DNA from: a bacterium
GTDB lineage: Bacteria; Patescibacteriota; Minisyncoccia; UBA6257; GWB1-50-10
Assembly (NCBI GenBank): GCA_021811055.1
Contig: JAJZPU010000002.1
Location: forward strand, 1-35,494
DNA: 35,494 nt
Reading direction: 5' to 3'
Made by a program: the position numbers and the translations under genes. Below are positions 31,786-35,494 of the stretch, in pieces. Below the pieces are notes generated by a model, which had not been told where the DNA came from, did not search any database, and saw only the letters and a list, made by a program, of their open reading frames with translations. The first letter of the stretch is position 1, and the number at the start of each line of letters is the position of its first letter.

Positions 31786-32496
31786 ATGAATATATTTTCT
31801 CTTATACTCGCACTCGGCGCCGCATGTATTCCGGGCATTGTGTGGTTCCTGTTTTTTTCCAAGGAAGATATCGACCCCGAACCGAAACGTCTCGTGATAT
31901 ACACGTTCACCGCCGGCGTATTTGTGAGCGTCATCGTACTCGTATTCCAGTATCTTTTTCAATCGGTCGTTCCTGATGGCGTGCGGAACACCATCCTTTC
32001 CATCGCGGTGCTCGCATTCATCGAGGAATTCTTTAAATTTATCGCCGCGTATTGGGCGGTGAGACGGGACCGCGCATTCAACGAACCCATCGATGCGATG
32101 ATCTATATGATCGCCGCGGCGCTTGGATTTGCGACTGTGGAAAACATATTCGTACTCGCAAATTCACTCTGGACCGTCACCGGATCACCAGTTGCAACCG
32201 TTCTTGAAACTACCGCGCTTCGTCTCATTGGCGCAACGCTTCTTCATACGCTTGCGTCGGCAATCATTGGATACTACTGGGCAAAAGGATGTCTTCGCAA
32301 CAAAGAAAAAACATTCATACTCTGGGGAGTTCTTATCGGCACCGCGGTCCATGTGGCGTTCAACTATCTGATACTCACGTTTCAAAACAAGAATCTCCTT
32401 GTATATCCGAGTATATTTCTCCTCGTAATAGTGTTTTTCGTTCTTATGGAATTCGAGCGGCTTCGCTCTGTTCGCGTCCGCTCGCCGCAAAAATAG
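31786..32496 (+). CDS. PrsW-family intramembrane metalloprotease
   Basis: 236 aa and polytopic. The FIEEFFKF (EExxK), FATVEN and HTLASAIIG motifs are as in PrsW/YpdC. Confidence 0.85.
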   Translation: MNIFSLILALGAACIPGIVWFLFFSKEDIDPEPKRLVIYTFTAGVFVSVIVLVFQYLFQSVVPDGVRNTILSIAVLAFIEEFFKFIAAYWAVRRDRAFNEPIDAMIYMIAAALGFATVENIFVLANSLWTVTGSPVATVLETTALRLIGATLLHTLASAIIGYYWAKGCLRNKEKTFILWGVLIGTAVHVAFNYLILTFQNKNLLVYPSIFLLVIVFFVLMEFERLRSVRVRSPQK

Positions 32497-32518
32497 CGCC
32501 TGTGGTATACTAAAACAT

Positions 32519-32980
32519 ATGGATGATACAAAAAAAGATTCACGCAATATTTTCATGGAACTCGCGAAGGTAAAATCGCAACCCACACCAATCACCGTTG
32601 CAGCCGAACCCGATGGCATTTCGGAAGCGGTTGACATTGATGACGAGATGGAGGGACAGCTCACCGTCGATGTTTACCAGGATGCCGACAATATCATCGT
32701 GCAATCGACGGTCGCCGGTGTCGATCCCGACGATCTCGAGATAAACATCACGAACGAATCGATCACCATACATGGAAAGCGCGAACGGAAAGAAACAATA
32801 CAGGAAAAAGACTATTTTTATCAGGAATGTTTTTGGGGTCGTTTTTCCCGGTCAATCATTCTTCCTGCGGAAGTCGATTCGGAACGATCCGTCGCTTCGC
32901 TTAAAAACGGAGTGCTTACGGTGAAAATGCCGAAACTTGAACGAAGGAAGGCGAAAAAATTAAAGGTGAAGATAGATTAG
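32519..32980 (+). CDS. Hsp20/alpha-crystallin family small heat-shock protein
   Basis: Alpha-crystallin domain: VDVYQDADNIIVQSTVAGVDPDDLEINI...FSRSIILPAEVD...ASLKNGVLTVKMPK. Confidence 0.9.
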   Translation: MDDTKKDSRNIFMELAKVKSQPTPITVAAEPDGISEAVDIDDEMEGQLTVDVYQDADNIIVQSTVAGVDPDDLEINITNESITIHGKRERKETIQEKDYFYQECFWGRFSRSIILPAEVDSERSVASLKNGVLTVKMPKLERRKAKKLKVKID

Positions 32981-32983
32981 ATA

Positions 32984-33011
32984 AAAATCTCCGCACTATG
33001 CGGAGATTTTT
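32984..33011. terminator. bidirectional rho-independent terminator
   Basis: aaaatctccgc-acta-tgcggagatttt between convergent hsp20 and murD. Confidence 0.6.
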
Positions 33012-34449
33012 ATCTAAATATTTTTTTTACGAGAATATCGAATTTCTCTCCCCTATCGAATTCGTTTTTGAATTTTTCAAAACTCGCGGCGCCCGGACTG
33101 AAAAGAATAACGATTGGTATCGCGTGACTTGTGCCGTGTGTTTTCCGGATTGTCCGCAGAATTTTTTCCAACACATTGAAAACGCGGGAGGGAGATGTCT
33201 TGAAATACCCAATCTTCCTGAGCTCATGGACCATTTTTTTTGTCGCGCTTCCATCCAAAAGAAAAAGATTTTCGGGAGAAACATACTTTTTTACGTGTTT
33301 TGCCCACAGAGCGTAATTGAGTTTCTTGTCGGTGCCTCCAGCGATAAGAATGGTGTGCATGCGACCAAAGCGTTCGATGGCCGCAATCGCCCCCTCGGGA
33401 GATGTTGCGGTGGTGTCGTTTATTACGGTGATATTTCCCCTTTTGAGAACAATCTCCTCGCGATACCGCACTCCAGGAAGTTTTTTTGCACGCGCGCGAA
33501 TATCTTTCCAAGAAATTCCCGCACAATGCGTGGCAAGCGCCGACGAAAGAAAATTATACAGATTATGTTTCCCCAATGATTCTACTTTTTGTCTTTCTTC
33601 CCGTGAAAGAATTTGCTGTCGCTTTCCGTTTTTTATAAAAACAATTCCGTTCGACTCTGCGATAAGACCGTTTCTGATCTTGTTTTTTTCAGTCGAGAAA
33701 AAATATATCTCCGCCTTTGGGTTTGTCCTTAAAAAGAAGTCTGTCCATTCGTTGTCTTTATTTAAAATGAGCTTCTGTTTTCGTGTCTGGTTTTTGAATA
33801 TATTTATCTTTGCACGCGCATATTCTTTCATTGAGTCGTGCCGATTCAGATGGTCGCGGTACAAATTGGTAACAACCGCAATATCGGGAGCGTGTTTTGC
33901 TTGATTCGCAATTTCCAGTTGGAAGGATGAAAGCTCCAACACCGCCGGAATTCTTCCATTTTTTTCGAGACGCGGTAAAAGTTTCAACAACGCGTCGTCG
34001 GATGAATTGCCGCTCGCTTTTATCCCTTTATATTTTCTGGAGAGAAAGTGCGCTATCCAATGTGCCGTCGTGGTTTTTCCTCGTGTTCCGGTAATGGTAA
34101 TAACGGGATTTCTCACTTTATCGAGAAAAATTACAAGATCGTTGATTATTGGAATTCCGTTTCTTTTTGCCGCCGCAAGATAATTGTTGTCACGAATCTT
34201 CACCGCGGGATTCACAAGAACAATGTCGTGTGAAATAAAATCCTCTACCTTATGCGCTCCGAGCACAAAACGGATACGCGCGGCATCTTTTCCGAGCGCA
34301 TGGAGAGAATTTCTGAGCTCGGCACGCGTCCTTAGATCGGTAACCGTCACCGTGGCTCCATTGGCGACAAGCCACTTCACGGTCGCAACCCCGCCGCCAA
34401 GCGCGCCGAGTCCCACTACGAGAATTTTCTTATTTTTGAAATCCATCAC
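33010..34449 (-). CDS. murD: UDP-N-acetylmuramoylalanine--D-glutamate ligase
   Basis: KKILVVGLGALGGG Rossmann N-terminus, ITGTRGKTTT P-loop and a Mur ligase C-terminal domain. The start is GTG 34449 or ATG 34446. Confidence 0.88.
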   Translation of the reverse strand: MMDFKNKKILVVGLGALGGGVATVKWLVANGATVTVTDLRTRAELRNSLHALGKDAARIRFVLGAHKVEDFISHDIVLVNPAVKIRDNNYLAAAKRNGIPIINDLVIFLDKVRNPVITITGTRGKTTTAHWIAHFLSRKYKGIKASGNSSDDALLKLLPRLEKNGRIPAVLELSSFQLEIANQAKHAPDIAVVTNLYRDHLNRHDSMKEYARAKINIFKNQTRKQKLILNKDNEWTDFFLRTNPKAEIYFFSTEKNKIRNGLIAESNGIVFIKNGKRQQILSREERQKVESLGKHNLYNFLSSALATHCAGISWKDIRARAKKLPGVRYREEIVLKRGNITVINDTTATSPEGAIAAIERFGRMHTILIAGGTDKKLNYALWAKHVKKYVSPENLFLLDGSATKKMVHELRKIGYFKTSPSRVFNVLEKILRTIRKTHGTSHAIPIVILFSPGAASFEKFKNEFDRGEKFDILVKKIFR

Positions 34450-34458
34450 GGGAAAAAA

Positions 34459-34938
34459 TTACCACACTTTCTTTATTAAAAGCTTCTTTTCTTTTGATCC
34501 AACCTTAAAAACGGTTTTTGTTCCTTCCTTTTTTCCCATAAGGGCTTTCCCTATGGGTACTTCCGGCGTGATCGTCATATAGGAATCGAGCGTCTCGTCA
34601 TCCCACACCTCTATTCCCGCTCCGCCGGGAAGGAGTATATATCTCTTTTCGTTCTCGCCATCCTCGGCAAGTATACACGCTCCGATTTTTATTTCGGAAA
34701 TTTCTGAAGGAATTTCCATTGTTTTTATCGCATCGCATCGGTTCTTCTTCTCGTCGAGCATCGAAATAAGATTTTCCTCCGAAACCTTATTTTGAAATTT
34801 TGAAGTGTCACTATGTGACTGCATCGCTCCGGGCGCATCGACACTTGCCGCGTGTGCCGACGTCGCGCCTTCCTCGAGTTCCGCTATTTCTTTTTCGAGT
34901 TTCAGTACGACTTTTCCGATAAGTGTCTCTTTGTTCAT
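34459..34938 (-). CDS. GreA/GreB-family transcript cleavage factor-like protein
   Basis: 159 aa. N-terminal coiled-coil-like region and a C-terminal VPIGKALMGKKEGTKTVFKV segment typical of the GreA C-terminal domain. Confidence 0.7.
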   Translation of the reverse strand: MNKETLIGKVVLKLEKEIAELEEGATSAHAASVDAPGAMQSHSDTSKFQNKVSEENLISMLDEKKNRCDAIKTMEIPSEISEIKIGACILAEDGENEKRYILLPGGAGIEVWDDETLDSYMTITPEVPIGKALMGKKEGTKTVFKVGSKEKKLLIKKVW

Positions 34939-34963
34939 ATATCACAAAGATACCAGATTTAAA

Positions 34964-34996
34964 CAAAAAAAACACCCGAGAAACGGGTGTTTTTTA
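34964..34996. terminator. bidirectional rho-independent terminator
   Basis: aacacccg-agaaa-cgggtgtt flanked by A-run and T-run, downstream of the pyrophosphatase stop. Confidence 0.6.
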
Positions 34997-35009
34997 TGGT
35001 ATTCCTATT

Positions 35010-35494
35010 CTATATAGACCGTATCCGCATCTTATAGAACGAGCGCCACACGAACACCGTCGACGCCACAAAGAATACTGCCGCGAGTATTCCGCTTGTG
35101 GTACGAGGAAGCGTTACCGCGAGCTCCACCGCGAGCAATCCGAAAAGCGTCGTAAACTTGATGATCGGATTCATTGCGACAGACGACGTGTCCTTGAACG
35201 GATCTCCGACCGTATCACCGATGACCGTCGCCGCGTGAAGTTCGGTTCCTTTCTGTTTCAGTTCCGTTTCAACAAGTTTTTTCGCGTTGTCCCATGCGCC
35301 TCCGGCGTTTGCCATGAAGATTGCCTGGAAAAGTCCGAATGTTGCGATCGAAATAAGATATCCGATGAAGAAGTACGGTTCCACCATCGCGAACGCAAGC
35401 GTGCTGAAGAATATCACGAGGAATATGTTGAACATTCCTTTCTGCGCGAATTTCGTGCAGATCTCAACAACTTTCTTGCTGTCTTCTATCGATG
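35010..35494 (-). CDS. hppA: membrane-bound H+/Na+-translocating pyrophosphatase, C-terminal part (5' end outside the window)
   Basis: NAGGAWDNAKK...AATVIGDTVGDPFKDTSSVAMNPIIKF matches the conserved M-PPase C-terminal motifs. The frame stays open to the window edge. Confidence 0.9.
   Translation of the reverse strand, partial: SIEDSKKVVEICTKFAQKGMFNIFLVIFFSTLAFAMVEPYFFIGYLISIATFGLFQAIFMANAGGAWDNAKKLVETELKQKGTELHAATVIGDTVGDPFKDTSSVAMNPIIKFTTLFGLLAVELAVTLPRTTSGILAAVFFVASTVFVWRSFYKMRIRSI

Overview
The window looks like a small-genome, CPR/Patescibacteria (Parcubacteria-like) bacterial fragment; this taxonomic call is inferred from gene content. It uses the standard genetic code and contains no rRNA genes, no CRISPR array and no recognisable transposase or integrase. 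From about 10.5 kb to 35.5 kb it is ordinary housekeeping DNA: HtrA protease, leuS, TatD, HAD hydrolase, metG, AI-2E permease, M16 peptidase, glyQS, a large repeat-domain surface protein, recO, two GT2 glycosyltransferases, DoxX, tsaD, valS, PrsW, Hsp20, murD, a GreA-like factor and a partial H+-pyrophosphatase. The first ~10.4 kb differs. It carries seven tRNA genes interleaved with AT-rich accessory ORFs: a MazG-like protein, a GIY-YIG nuclease, an RNHCP protein, a CYTH protein and several hypotheticals. The main unexplained signal is six copies of a non-coding structured element that trails tRNA genes. Its 5' box is antisense to the tRNA T-arm. It has two hairpins with conserved AGCA and GACG loops but copy-specific, compensating stems. 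Its 3' end repeats the 3' end of the neighbouring tRNA. One copy sits between perfect 33-bp direct repeats, and another closes a 1.1-kb cargo island. The GIY-YIG gene is itself a 303-bp cassette with terminal inverted repeats and an 11-bp duplication of the tRNA-Ala 5' end. Separately, in-frame AATTTCC-type heptanucleotide tandem repeats encoding ISNFQFPISN-like peptides sit inside leuS (twice), valS and tsaD. Other notes are an AT-rich orphan RelA/SpoT-domain ORF, several likely leaderless genes and one candidate ncRNA. All coordinates and counts were derived by hand from the sequence.
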